A stretch of 64,000 nucleotides of DNA. Source: Candidatus Thorarchaeota archaeon (GTDB lineage Archaea; Asgardarchaeota; Thorarchaeia; Thorarchaeales; Thorarchaeaceae). The translations under genes and the position numbers were made by a program. The DNA lies in the NCBI GenBank assembly GCA_048882045.1, contig JBHLRZ010000009.1, positions 1 through 64,000 of the forward strand. Reading direction: 5' to 3'. Position 1 is the stretch's first letter; the number at the start of each line of letters is the position of its first letter. Of the stretch, positions 1-10,016 are shown in pieces. The notes below the pieces were generated by a model. That model did no database searches. It was not told the DNA's origin and was given only the letters and a program-made list of their open reading frames with translations.

Positions 1-7
1 TAGATCG

Positions 8-1246
8 ATGGAGCATACCTCGAAGCTCATCAAGGGTTCGTTGAGTGACTCGCTGAAAGGAAAGTCCATAGCACTATGCATAACAGGAAGTGTCGGTGCA
101 GTGGAATGTGTAACCTTGGCTAGGAAACTAATGCGACATGGGGCAGAGGTCTACACTGTCATGAGTAAGGCTGCTCAGGAAATCATCCATCCCTATCTGA
201 TGGAGTGGGCTACTGGGAATACAGTAGTCACGAAACTAACGGGACAGATCGAGCACGTGACCTTGGCTGGGAAACATAAGGACCGAGTAGACCTTGTGAT
301 TGTTGCCCCCTCCACCGCGAACACAATTGGCAAGATTGCAAATGGTATCGATGACACTCCTGTAACAACCACGGTTTCATCGGCCATTGGAGCAGGAATT
401 CCTCTCATTGTGGTTCCTGCTATGCATGAGTCACTATACGACCACCCAGCTGTGCTGGAGAACATAGAGAAGCTGAAGGACATGGGGATAATTGTTGTTT
501 CTCCACGCATGGAAGAAGCGAAGGCAAAGATGCCAGCAGTCAAGACCATTGTGGATCATGCGCTAGCTGTTTTAGGACCCAAAGATCTTGAAGGAAAACG
601 ATTCGTAGTCACGGCTGGTCCAACCAGGGGTTGGATCGATAGGGTTCGATTCATCACGAATCCATCAACGGGAAAGATGGGCATTGCGATAGTAGAGAAT
701 CTACTCCTGAGGGGAGCTGCAGTCACACTGATTACTGGACCCATCTCAGAGAGTGTTCCAGACAAAGCAGAAGTCCGGAGAGTAACAACCTCTCAAGAGA
801 TGTTGGATGTTGTGTTGGAGGAGATTTCTACTCACAATGCGGACGTCTTTGTTTCTGCTGCTGCAGTTCTCGACTATGAACCATTGGAGAAGGAAGATAG
901 CAAGATTGCTTCTGGGTCACCGGACTTAAGTGTCAAACTGGCTCCGACAAAGAAGATTATAGAAGAAGCAAGAAAGAAGTACAAGGACCTCTTCATTGTT
1001 GGTTTCAAGGTTGAATCTGGCGTGTCTGACAAGGATCTCGAGAATCGTGCAAGAGCAAAAATCAAGTCAGGGATATGTGACCTAGTAGTTGCCAATGATG
1101 CCCAAAAGAAAGGAGTCGCGTTTGGAACAGACACAAATGAGGTTCTAATTGTCGGCGGGGAGGATTACAAGAAACATATTCCGCTAGCACCCAAGAGTGA
1201 GATAGCACGGCAGATAGTTGATGTGATCATTGAGAGGATGAAGTAG
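8..1246 (+). CDS. coaBC: Bifunctional phosphopantothenoylcysteine decarboxylase / phosphopantothenate-cysteine ligase
   Basis: Flavoprotein N-domain (LCITGSVGA, APSTANTIGKIANGIDD, PAMHESLY) plus DFP C-domain (VTAGPTRGWIDRVRFITNPSTGKMG, VGFKVE, VVANDA). Confidence 0.96.
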   Translation: MEHTSKLIKGSLSDSLKGKSIALCITGSVGAVECVTLARKLMRHGAEVYTVMSKAAQEIIHPYLMEWATGNTVVTKLTGQIEHVTLAGKHKDRVDLVIVAPSTANTIGKIANGIDDTPVTTTVSSAIGAGIPLIVVPAMHESLYDHPAVLENIEKLKDMGIIVVSPRMEEAKAKMPAVKTIVDHALAVLGPKDLEGKRFVVTAGPTRGWIDRVRFITNPSTGKMGIAIVENLLLRGAAVTLITGPISESVPDKAEVRRVTTSQEMLDVVLEEISTHNADVFVSAAAVLDYEPLEKEDSKIASGSPDLSVKLAPTKKIIEEARKKYKDLFIVGFKVESGVSDKDLENRARAKIKSGICDLVVANDAQKKGVAFGTDTNEVLIVGGEDYKKHIPLAPKSEIARQIVDVIIERMK

Positions 1247-1247
1247 T

Positions 1248-1610
1248 TCAGAGTATCTCAAGAAGGGTTTCAGCCATTCTTTTCATGTCTACAAAGATCA
1301 GACCAATCTGTGCATCAGCCTTGGCCAACACGAGAAACAATGCATTCTCACCAACAGACGTGAGTAGAGTATAACCACGGTCACTCTTTACGTATATCTC
1401 CATTAGATTGCCGCGGTCGAGTTCGTTGGTCGCTTTCTCACCGAGTGACAACATTGCTGCACTTATAGCTGCAACGCTTTCTTGTTCAGCTTCTGGAAGT
1501 GCTGACGAAATCATGAGACCATCAGCGGATACAAGGGCAGCACCTTCCACCCCAGGGACAGTCTCAAAATCACGAATTATTTTGTTGATGTTATCGACAC
1601 GGCTGGACAT
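1248..1610 (-). CDS. Roadblock/LC7 (MglB-like) protein
   Basis: VPGVEGAALVSADGLMISS...VAAISAAMLSLGEKATNELDRGNL...AQIGLIFVDMKR matches the roadblock pattern. Start moved to ATG 1610, preceded by an SD-like GAGGGTG. Confidence 0.93.
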   Translation of the reverse strand: MSSRVDNINKIIRDFETVPGVEGAALVSADGLMISSALPEAEQESVAAISAAMLSLGEKATNELDRGNLMEIYVKSDRGYTLLTSVGENALFLVLAKADAQIGLIFVDMKRMAETLLEIL

Positions 1611-1683
1611 TCTTACACCCTCTGCGAATCCGAACAAACGCTAGTCTGTGGCCACTGTATAATAACTTATTGCATTTTCTCAA

Positions 1684-4600
1684 TTACACGCCAAAATACT
1701 CTTTGACATCAGCTTTACCGTCCTCCTCCTCTCGTCGCTTCTGTTCATCCCTACTCATCTTTCTCTCACGAGGAGGCTTGTCGCGTGACCACGGCATATC
1801 GTCACCTCGCCTTCTCTTGACATAAATCCATCCTACAACCAAGGCGACAATTCCACCACCAAAAATCCCGATTATCAGCCATGGGAAAGGACGAACTAGT
1901 ATGAATTGTTCAAAGGTAAGAGAGAGTGAGTCATATCCTGCTCTCGTTGCATGAATTCGAAGATCGAATAATCCAACGTTTGATGCGGTCCAAGCACCTG
2001 TCAAAGTGACTCTGAAAATTCCTGCGCCGATGTTCTCGGCCTCTATCTGACTCGAGTTCAACCAGACAGTAACATCTGCATCAGAAATGTCATTTCCAAC
2101 AAGATCTTCAAACTGGAGATCGATATGAACAGTATCGCCAGCCCAAATTATCTGTTGATTGAGTGTGTAACTGCTAAGGAGAACCGATGGAGCGTCATAC
2201 CACTCAACAGCATTCTGAATCGTAGAGTCCCTCTCCGAACCGGATGGATTTGTCGTTGTCAGCGCTAGTTTCCCGGATCCGATTGCCCCAGCGACAACGA
2301 CTGGATTTGAACCGTCTGTTGCCAAAATGGTAAGATTAGCTGAAACTGATGAGAAATGCCCTTGATAATCGACAGATGATGATAGTGTATTTGAAATACT
2401 CAGCAAGGGATGCTGTGCATCTGTAATGGTGATCGAAGAACCAGTTCCTGTTGGCGCATAGGTTGCATCCCACGGCAACCAGTCAAGATTGTCGGATACA
2501 CCAAGGACAACTAGGACTCCACCATTTCTAACAAATGTTAGAATTTCATTGGTAGAGGTCATAAGACTTGAACTAAGAGTCGAGATAGTGTTCGGTTCAA
2601 TGAGAACTACCTTTCGAATCGAAAGCAGTTGAGTGAAGGAGGAATAGTTGGAAACCTCATAATAGTCATAGGATAGTCCGAGTGAATCCAATGAGTCCGG
2701 CAAATAGCTCGAAACACCAAGAGCAGCTATGCCTGTTGCACCTCGTCCTGGAACATGTGAGTCATATGAGTTCGAAAGAGGATCCTCAGACGCTACATGA
2801 GGAGAGGAACTAGGCTCGTAGAGACGTACCGATGGGTCTCCAAATAGTATCTGTTGATCGGCATAATCCCGTGGATCCCCGGGAAGTGGGTCTGAGTAGT
2901 CAGCAGATATGAGCTTGAGTGCATCAGTCAATGCCTTTCCAAGTGTATTGTTATTACAGAGAGACTGAGCTAGGAGGACAGAGAGCATACCAGCCGGCTG
3001 GAAATATACCGTTCTGGGAGCTGCAGTGACTCCAACTGCTCCGTGCTCCATCAGCATGAGAGGCATTCCAGTACCTCCAAGCAAACATGCTGTTAAGATA
3101 ATAATCGGAGATCCGATATTTCCAATCGCAGCTTCGAGGTCGGCTGTTGACCTAATTACATGATTGGCATTCTCAGCTGCATAGACCACTGGATTCACCA
3201 AAAGATCAGTATCCTGACTACTTTCTCGTATCGACTCAGTTTCTTCAAATCCCCAAGATGCGTCAGCATTTCTCAGTGAGAAATATCCAGGACCAGAAGG
3301 ACGAGAAGGTGGATCTCTTGGTAATAGTGTGAGAGTGCCATGTGTACTGAACGTCCACAGACCCACTTGAGAGGCTACAGTTTCGAAGACTTCGTTCTGT
3401 CCAACATGGAGCTCATTTGTAAAACCAGCAGTCTCCAAGGCATCAGTGGTGTTCTCAATCTGATAGAGTATATAGTCATCATAATTGTTATCGAAGAACA
3501 GAGCCCCGTCAGTGTATGCATACATACTGACCAAAGCTGTGTCTGCATTTTCAGCTGTGATGAAAAGGAATCTATGAAGCAGACCACGGTTGACCAAAAC
3601 AGATGCCATGGTGGCTGTCGTAGCTGGAATTCGACCTGGCATAAAATGTGACTGAAGCGACCTGTCAAAGCTCAAGGGTATAAGTGAGTCTGGAGCAACT
3701 ACAACAACTGGTTGGGAGGATGTAGCGTTGTATGCACCTCTATATGACAGAAATGACTCGAATGTGTCCACTGACTCCATCATTGAAAATTTGTTGGGAA
3801 TTCTCTCATCATACCATCCGTTCTCTGCACGGTTTTCAAATTTCTTGATGACATAAACGTTATTGATTTCAGGTCCTATCATATATGGAGCCCATGTTTC
3901 CTGTGCACGTGTTGTAACTAGGTTGTCATCTCCTACCAAGGAGAACAGCGGAGCACCATGTGCTGCTGCAGAGAAAGCAGCTGGTGCAAATACCTCATTC
4001 CCAGTACACATTGGTACAGTTAGGACAAGATCTGGCGACTGTGATAACCCAGTTATTGTTGATGAAACAGATGAATAACTCTTCATGTTATTCACAGTCA
4101 TGGATGTATTCAAGAGTCCTTCAAGTGAAACATCCTGATGATTATTAGGATCTACCAACCAGACATCTGTCACCCCAAGACGAGCGAGTGCCCATTGAGT
4201 TTCTGTAGGCACTGCATCCGCAGTAACATAGAGAAGTGGAGAATTGAGCAGAGATGATAATACAGCTGCATTAGCTGCTCCTTCCATATAGTCAGACAGG
4301 TCAGTTGGTTGTTGTGATATTTCCCAGGACAACTCGATGTTGTTCTGCTCTGTGGTCGCATCCATCCAAGCAGCGATGATCTTCCACTCTCCAGCCATAG
4401 GATATGGTAATTCGATTGATTCAACTCCAGGACTGGAGAGAATGCTTCCAGCAGGTGCCCACATTGTCATTCGACCATTTGGATCAACAAGTGCGAGGTT
4501 CAAGTCGGTGGCTGCGTTGTCCCAAGTCAGTGTCGTGTTGAACCATCTTGCACCATCTGGAACAGTAGCTGTCACAATATGACCGGGGTGATAGATCACA

Positions 4601-5511
4601 TCTGCTTCCATATCTGTGTTAATGGCAGGTGAGGCAGAGGCTCTGGTCAATTCCATGGTCCACATCCCATCAAGAGTTCTTGGTATCCAGAAGTTCAATG
4701 GTACTGGAGAAACGACGGTCGATGGATTTCGTGACCATAAGACCTGGATGAAAACGGAATAGTCAACAATCTCTCCATTTGGATCATAGAGCTGATGAGT
4801 GATTATGTCATCAGTTGTCCAGTTGAACGCCCCTTCAATCCAACCAGCCCAAGCTGGAGGAGTGAAATTCATCGTTGAGGGAGCACTATAATCTACGATA
4901 CCTGAAAACTCAACGAGCTGAGAAGCTTGACCTTCAAAGGTGTGAGTTGAACTTCCGGTGATTGGAGAAGGTGTTGAGAAGCTTTCATCAATCACAGCAA
5001 TTACTGCTGTGCTGCTCGAACTCCACTCAGAGGTTGCAATCTTTGCAGCAATGTCAGCCGCACTTGTCCCTGAAATCCGAGGATACACCTTGACACCAAG
5101 CCGATGTTGGAGTGATGTGATATAATTCTCTGAGAAATCACCAACAGCAAAAGCTTGTGTAATCCCTCCATCAGAAGCAAGGTATTCTGCCCAGTCCTCC
5201 AACAACCAGCCCTCACTCTGGGATCCAGAACTATAGATTAATGGAGATATGTATTGAGACCCACTGTGATAGAACACAGCTGTTGGCACTGTTGCCATAT
5301 ACGCATACTCGTCGACATATGAGTTTGAATCAGGAGCGACAACAGCAACTCGTCGGAGCGGTACTTGAATGGATGGCAGATCGCTTGTGAAGTATGAGCG
5401 CGCAGTGTCATCTATTGAAACATTCCTGAACGGAAGGGATATTGGATTGATTGCTCCTAAGATGAGGACTAGAGCAAGAATCGAGAGAAGTTTGTTCCTA
5501 TGAATTGGCAT
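1684..5511 (-). CDS. Large secreted, C-terminally membrane-anchored protein with a C25/gingipain-like (clan CD) peptidase domain
   Basis: N-terminal signal peptide; CW_binding_2-like segments (AAVLSSLLNSPLLYVTADAVP); PPC-like LTWDNAATDLNLALVDPNG; STHG...LTACLLG...QILFGDPS; C-terminal TM helix followed by KRRR. Confidence 0.7.
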   Translation of the reverse strand: MPIHRNKLLSILALVLILGAINPISLPFRNVSIDDTARSYFTSDLPSIQVPLRRVAVVAPDSNSYVDEYAYMATVPTAVFYHSGSQYISPLIYSSGSQSEGWLLEDWAEYLASDGGITQAFAVGDFSENYITSLQHRLGVKVYPRISGTSAADIAAKIATSEWSSSSTAVIAVIDESFSTPSPITGSSTHTFEGQASQLVEFSGIVDYSAPSTMNFTPPAWAGWIEGAFNWTTDDIITHQLYDPNGEIVDYSVFIQVLWSRNPSTVVSPVPLNFWIPRTLDGMWTMELTRASASPAINTDMEADVIYHPGHIVTATVPDGARWFNTTLTWDNAATDLNLALVDPNGRMTMWAPAGSILSSPGVESIELPYPMAGEWKIIAAWMDATTEQNNIELSWEISQQPTDLSDYMEGAANAAVLSSLLNSPLLYVTADAVPTETQWALARLGVTDVWLVDPNNHQDVSLEGLLNTSMTVNNMKSYSSVSSTITGLSQSPDLVLTVPMCTGNEVFAPAAFSAAAHGAPLFSLVGDDNLVTTRAQETWAPYMIGPEINNVYVIKKFENRAENGWYDERIPNKFSMMESVDTFESFLSYRGAYNATSSQPVVVVAPDSLIPLSFDRSLQSHFMPGRIPATTATMASVLVNRGLLHRFLFITAENADTALVSMYAYTDGALFFDNNYDDYILYQIENTTDALETAGFTNELHVGQNEVFETVASQVGLWTFSTHGTLTLLPRDPPSRPSGPGYFSLRNADASWGFEETESIRESSQDTDLLVNPVVYAAENANHVIRSTADLEAAIGNIGSPIIILTACLLGGTGMPLMLMEHGAVGVTAAPRTVYFQPAGMLSVLLAQSLCNNNTLGKALTDALKLISADYSDPLPGDPRDYADQQILFGDPSVRLYEPSSSPHVASEDPLSNSYDSHVPGRGATGIAALGVSSYLPDSLDSLGLSYDYYEVSNYSSFTQLLSIRKVVLIEPNTISTLSSSLMTSTNEILTFVRNGGVLVVLGVSDNLDWLPWDATYAPTGTGSSITITDAQHPLLSISNTLSSSVDYQGHFSSVSANLTILATDGSNPVVVAGAIGSGKLALTTTNPSGSERDSTIQNAVEWYDAPSVLLSSYTLNQQIIWAGDTVHIDLQFEDLVGNDISDADVTVWLNSSQIEAENIGAGIFRVTLTGAWTASNVGLFDLRIHATRAGYDSLSLTFEQFILVRPFPWLIIGIFGGGIVALVVGWIYVKRRRGDDMPWSRDKPPRERKMSRDEQKRREEEDGKADVKEYFGV

Positions 5512-5612
5512 CTGAGGCGCACTCCGATAAAGGGCATATCGATGTGCTCAATTTAGCAAATAGAGTTTGTTCTTGTGGAACCCACAATGTAATAGGCAAG
5601 TGGAAACAGCTG

Positions 5613-6491
5613 TCAGTCCTCATCCTGAAATTCGAGGAGGTCTTCATCGAAGTCATCATCTTCATCATCAGGGGAATCAATCTCCTCTGGAAGAGCATCG
5701 ATTAGATCATCAATAACTCTTCTAAGACGACGACGAGTACTCTTTGGAATATCCCACATCTTTTGCTCTGCACGCTCAACAACTTCTCTAGCAATGTCAA
5801 AGATCTCTGACTCGTAGTAGTTTTGGGCGGCTTCCACAAAGAGCTCTGCAGCTTTCTTCTGGTTTCCTTCTGTTTCTGCAATGTCCCCGAGGAGAGATAG
5901 TGCATCAGCAATACCAGCAGTGTCTTCGATCTCTCGGTATACCTTAAGTGCTTTCTTGATGGTTGTTTCAGCTACTGTCCATTCTTCCTTATCGACATGT
6001 GCTGCACCCATGTCCATAATTACACTTGCTACACCCTGTTGATTGTCCAGCTTGCTGTATGCTTTCTGAGCCTTCTTGAAATGCGTCATGGCTGTATCAA
6101 AGCTCCCTTGACCCAAGTTGGCGAGTGCGAGCCCGTATATGACGTCTGCCGCACCACTTTCATTGGATGTCTTGTCAAACATCTTCTTGGCAGCCTCAAG
6201 TGTCTTAATAGCTTCATCCCATCTCTCAAGATTGATTTGAGCAACACCAAGATTGTACATTGTATCACAGACACCAGTTTCGTCTTTCATGGCCTTGTAG
6301 AGTTCGAGTGAGTCATGGAAACAATTGTGAGCCTCATCAAATTCAGCTACTGACATGTAGATATTTCCTGCTGCGTTGAACATCTTAGCAGCAGTTTCTT
6401 GATCCCCGGCTTCTCGAGCCTCAGCAGCTCTTTCCAAAATCTCTGCCGGATCCATGTCTTCAATATCTATAGACTCACTCATTTGACTCAC
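5613..6491 (-). CDS. TPR / alpha-SNAP-like repeat protein with acidic tail
   Basis: About 40-aa TPR repeats (AAKMFNAAGNIY, TMYNLGVAQ, ALSLLGDIA); Asp/Glu-rich C-terminus. Confidence 0.85.
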   Translation of the reverse strand: MSQMSESIDIEDMDPAEILERAAEAREAGDQETAAKMFNAAGNIYMSVAEFDEAHNCFHDSLELYKAMKDETGVCDTMYNLGVAQINLERWDEAIKTLEAAKKMFDKTSNESGAADVIYGLALANLGQGSFDTAMTHFKKAQKAYSKLDNQQGVASVIMDMGAAHVDKEEWTVAETTIKKALKVYREIEDTAGIADALSLLGDIAETEGNQKKAAELFVEAAQNYYESEIFDIAREVVERAEQKMWDIPKSTRRRLRRVIDDLIDALPEEIDSPDDEDDDFDEDLLEFQDED

Positions 6492-6588
6492 CTAGCAAGT
6501 ATCATCGGAGGCGGTCTATATCGCTTTTGATTCTTTCTGAACGACCTCGATGACTCTGGAATGATTGGCGCGTGGCGTTTAGTTAAGT

Positions 6589-7290
6589 CTAACGCTTCAT
6601 GAGAAGTACGGGATTTTCCAGAAGTGGTCGAATTGCTTCCTTGACGACAAACTGCTCGTCACCAACTTGAACCTCAAGGAGTTTTCTGAGCTCAAATCTT
6701 CGAAGATAACCAACAGCTTGGTCACGTTCCAAGTTCAAGTCCTTCATTAGGTTCTTGAGTCCTTTCTTGTTTCCACTGAACTCAGCGAACTTCACAAAGA
6801 CTGAACTCCATTGCATCATCACAAGGTATAGCAGAGTTCGAAGCATGCTGTCAACATTATCACCGGTCTTCGCAGATACAGGGAACACAGGTAAACCAGC
6901 AAGGAATCGAAGTTTCTTGCGGAGTTGGTCAACAGGTCGGGATTCTTTAAGATCCTGTTTATTGGCAGCAACAACACAGGGAACACCTGGTAGAAAGAAT
7001 GCAATCTCTCTGAAGAACAACTTTGCACGGGCATCAGATTCAGGATCGACTGAGTCAACAACGAATATGATTCCATCTGCTCCCTCACTGAGAATCTTGC
7101 GCATTGTCCGGAACCTGAGTAGTCCAGGGGTTCCAAACATGAAGACGCTCATTCCATCAACATTGGCAAGACCATGGTCCATTGCAATTGTGGTTCCCTT
7201 TCTCTCGACGTTGATACACGCACCATTGGTGATGTGGTGGATCATCTGGCTTTTGCCAGCTTCGAATGGACCAGTGACAACAATCTTCAT
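6589..7290 (-). CDS. Small GTPase, MglA/CvnD (ATP_bind_1)-like, with C-terminal wHTH-like extension
   Basis: G1 GPFEAGKS, G2 TTIAMDHG, G3 FGTPGLLRF, G4 NKQD, G5 SAK. Confidence 0.9.
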   Translation of the reverse strand: MKIVVTGPFEAGKSQMIHHITNGACINVERKGTTIAMDHGLANVDGMSVFMFGTPGLLRFRTMRKILSEGADGIIFVVDSVDPESDARAKLFFREIAFFLPGVPCVVAANKQDLKESRPVDQLRKKLRFLAGLPVFPVSAKTGDNVDSMLRTLLYLVMMQWSSVFVKFAEFSGNKKGLKNLMKDLNLERDQAVGYLRRFELRKLLEVQVGDEQFVVKEAIRPLLENPVLLMKR

Positions 7291-7445
7291 GCGACCACCC
7301 TTTTCTATTTCGGAATCAGTGTGTTTCCAATATTCTGATGCTCATTATAAGGTTTATAGTGCTATTATCGGTCTAAGCCATCAAGGCGCCACAATTTCCT
7401 GAATGCGCAATCGGCTGAAAATGATAAGGGAGACCAGCTGCTTGC

Positions 7446-7558
7446 AGCAGCAGTCCTCAGACCAAGAGCCACAATTGGCTATCCCAGTCGTCACAGGAAC
7501 TCGGTTTCAATCCTCCTTTCATCTTTTGGGCCGTCTTGCCCAGTCAACAGCTGCTACT
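7446..7558 (-). ncRNA. Candidate K-turn / box C/D-like structured RNA
   Basis: Terminal stem AGUAGCAG/CUGCUGCU; hairpin UGGGC-AAGACG-GCCCA; box C-like AAGAUGA, D'-like CCGA, C'-like GUGACGA, D CUGA; K-turn geometry UCC-UGU-GA...UGA-GGA; G-U pairs form only on the minus strand. Confidence 0.55.
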
Positions 7559-7628
7559 CGTGAGTAATAAGAATCTGGGTCAGGCTACTTCACAAGCCTT
7601 ATAGCACGTCTTTCGAAACAGTGCGCCG

Positions 7629-9095
7629 TTGATAGAGAGAGTGATTCATTTGGACATCAAGAAAGTATCAGAAAACATACATACAATCTCACAAGACACA
7701 CAGCCTTGCATGAAGGTCCCAGTTTCAATCTTTGCATCAGACCTTCTTGTGCGAAAGATGAGGCAAGATAAGACATTCACGCAGGCTACAAATGCAGCGT
7801 GTCTTCCGGGAATCTATAAACACAGCATTGTCTTACCAGATGGACATCAGGGTTATGGATTCCCAATAGGGGGCGTAGCAGCCACGGATTACGAGAGTGG
7901 TGTGATATCACCTGGTGGAGTGGGATATGACATCAATTGTGGTGTGCGTGTTCTCAGAACGAACTTGGATGAGAAGGATGTCCGACCCAAACTTAGTACA
8001 CTCATCGATACTCTCTTCCAAGAAGTTCCAACCGGAGTTGGAAAGCAGGGTAAAATCAACTTGAGAAACTTCGATGGAGTTGATGAAGTTCTCAAATATG
8101 GTGCAAGCTGGGCAGTAGAGAAAGGATTTGGTTGGGAGGAGGACCTTGACCATCAAGAAGCAAATGGGAAACTAGACATAGCAAACCCAGACGATGTTCC
8201 TGAATCTGCGAAGAGCAGAGGTCTCAAACAGAGTGGGACTCTTGGATCAGGCAACCACTTCCTAGAGATTCAGCTAGTTGACGAGATTTACGACGAAGAA
8301 GCAGCCAAGACCATGGGGATAGACAGAGAGAAGCAGGTGATGGTCATGATCCACAGTGGTTCTCGGGGTCTTGGTCATCAGGTGTGTTCAGAATATATCA
8401 AAATAATGACCCATGCGATGCGAAAATACGAGATCGATTTGCCGGATAGGGAGCTTTGCAGTGCACCGACAACATCGCCTGAGGGACAAGCATACCTCGG
8501 CGCGATGAGTGCAGCAGCCAACTATGCCTTTGCAAACAGACAGGTAATGATGCATTGGACTCGCGAAACATTCGCGAAGGTCATGGGACAATCTGCAGAA
8601 GACCTGGACATGGGGCTCATCTACGATGTGGCTCACAATATGGGGAAAGTCGAGGAACATGATATAGAAGGAAAGAGAACAAAGGTTGTTGTCCACAGGA
8701 AAGGAGCCACACGTGCATTTCCACCCGGACATCCTGAAGTAGCAAGCAAGTATCGAGCGATTGGTCAACCTGTTTTGATTCCAGGAACAATGGGAACTGC
8801 CTCCTACATTCTGATTGGCAATGCGAAGAGCATGGAATTGACTTGGGGTTCAACTGCTCATGGTGCGGGAAGATTCATGAGTCGTTCAAAGGCAAAGAAG
8901 CAGTTCTTTGGGAAAGAAGTTCAAAGTAAGCTAGCCAATGAGGGGATAATTGTAAGGGCAACTAAGGGAATCGTTATTGCGGAAGAAGCTCCAGGAGCCT
9001 ACAAGGATGTGGATGAGGTCGTGAAGGTCTCTGATGCAGTAGGAATCGCAACAAAAGCAGTCAGATTAAGGCCCATCGGTGTCATCAAGGGATAG
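7629..9095 (+). CDS. rtcB: RNA-splicing ligase RtcB
   Basis: LPDGHQGYGFPIGGV, VGYDINCGVR, GTLGSGNHFLE, HSGSRG, YDVAHN, HRKGATRA, HGAGR, EEAPGAYK. Confidence 0.98.
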   Translation: MIERVIHLDIKKVSENIHTISQDTQPCMKVPVSIFASDLLVRKMRQDKTFTQATNAACLPGIYKHSIVLPDGHQGYGFPIGGVAATDYESGVISPGGVGYDINCGVRVLRTNLDEKDVRPKLSTLIDTLFQEVPTGVGKQGKINLRNFDGVDEVLKYGASWAVEKGFGWEEDLDHQEANGKLDIANPDDVPESAKSRGLKQSGTLGSGNHFLEIQLVDEIYDEEAAKTMGIDREKQVMVMIHSGSRGLGHQVCSEYIKIMTHAMRKYEIDLPDRELCSAPTTSPEGQAYLGAMSAAANYAFANRQVMMHWTRETFAKVMGQSAEDLDMGLIYDVAHNMGKVEEHDIEGKRTKVVVHRKGATRAFPPGHPEVASKYRAIGQPVLIPGTMGTASYILIGNAKSMELTWGSTAHGAGRFMSRSKAKKQFFGKEVQSKLANEGIIVRATKGIVIAEEAPGAYKDVDEVVKVSDAVGIATKAVRLRPIGVIKG

Positions 9096-10016
9096 CTCTT
9101 TTGCTCGTTCCTTAGTCACAATGTCAGCCAATACAATGGCAACTCCGATTAGGATGATGAAGAATCCGATCCATACTAAAGGTGGAGGAAATAGCATGTA
9201 TATGAGTGCACCCAAGAGAGTCGCACCAATTGGTTCTCCCAGAACTGCAGAGGATACTACATATGCTGGAACTTTCGTTAGTAGATAGTTGTTCACCGAA
9301 TGTCCCAAGACTGTTGGAAAGATTGCAAGACTAAGGAAAATCAGTACTTCCGTTGGATCGAAGACAAGAACATCAAAACCAAATGGAATGCACATAAAGA
9401 AAGTCGTAATAGCAGCGAACAAGTAGACAACAGATGTATAGATGGTGATTGGCATTCCCTTAGCATACTTCCTCCCTCCGATGAAGTAGATAGCAAGAAA
9501 GACTGCTCCTGACAGAGCCAGTAGATCTCCACTTAATGCACCTAAATCAATCCCTCCATAATCTACCCATGCAAGAGAGATTGCACCAGAAACTGCGATA
9601 AGGATACCAGCCCAAGATCGCCTTCGGAGAGATTCGCCCAAGAAAATTGTGGAAAAGATTGCAGTGAATATCGGTGAAGAGTCTACAAGAACTACACTTG
9701 CTGCAATAGAGGTCAACTCCAATGATTGAAACCATGTAGAGAAATGCAAAGACAGAACAACGCCAATTCCTGCCAACCAATGGATGTTGTTCCTGACCTT
9801 TGGTGTTCGTAATTCAGAGAGGTCGCCTCTTGCTGCACCAATAACCGCCATGAAAAGAGCACCATAAAGCGTTCTCCAGAAAACCTTCACTAGAGATGGA
9901 GAGGTACTAGCGAGAATCAAGATACTTGCACTCGAAACCATTGAAACTGAGAGAATCAGAAGTAGGATTATTTGTGTTCTACTACTGGATTCATCAATCA
10001 ATGATTCTGCCATCAT
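9066..10016 (-). CDS. EamA/DMT family transporter
   Basis: About 10 TM helices in two repeats; SIAASVVLVDSSPIF, GDLLALSGA, LGEPIGATLL. Confidence 0.92.
   Translation of the reverse strand: MMAESLIDESSSRTQIILLLILSVSMVSSASILILASTSPSLVKVFWRTLYGALFMAVIGAARGDLSELRTPKVRNNIHWLAGIGVVLSLHFSTWFQSLELTSIAASVVLVDSSPIFTAIFSTIFLGESLRRRSWAGILIAVSGAISLAWVDYGGIDLGALSGDLLALSGAVFLAIYFIGGRKYAKGMPITIYTSVVYLFAAITTFFMCIPFGFDVLVFDPTEVLIFLSLAIFPTVLGHSVNNYLLTKVPAYVVSSAVLGEPIGATLLGALIYMLFPPPLVWIGFFIILIGVAIVLADIVTKERAKELSLDDTDGP

Noticed and set aside
6755-7402. 215-aa plus-strand ORF
   Set aside because: Antisense shadow of the motif-complete GTPase gene
7454-7498. Eukaryote-like SECIS element (GUGA...UGA core)
   Set aside because: No apical AA motif and no upstream same-strand gene with an in-frame UGA
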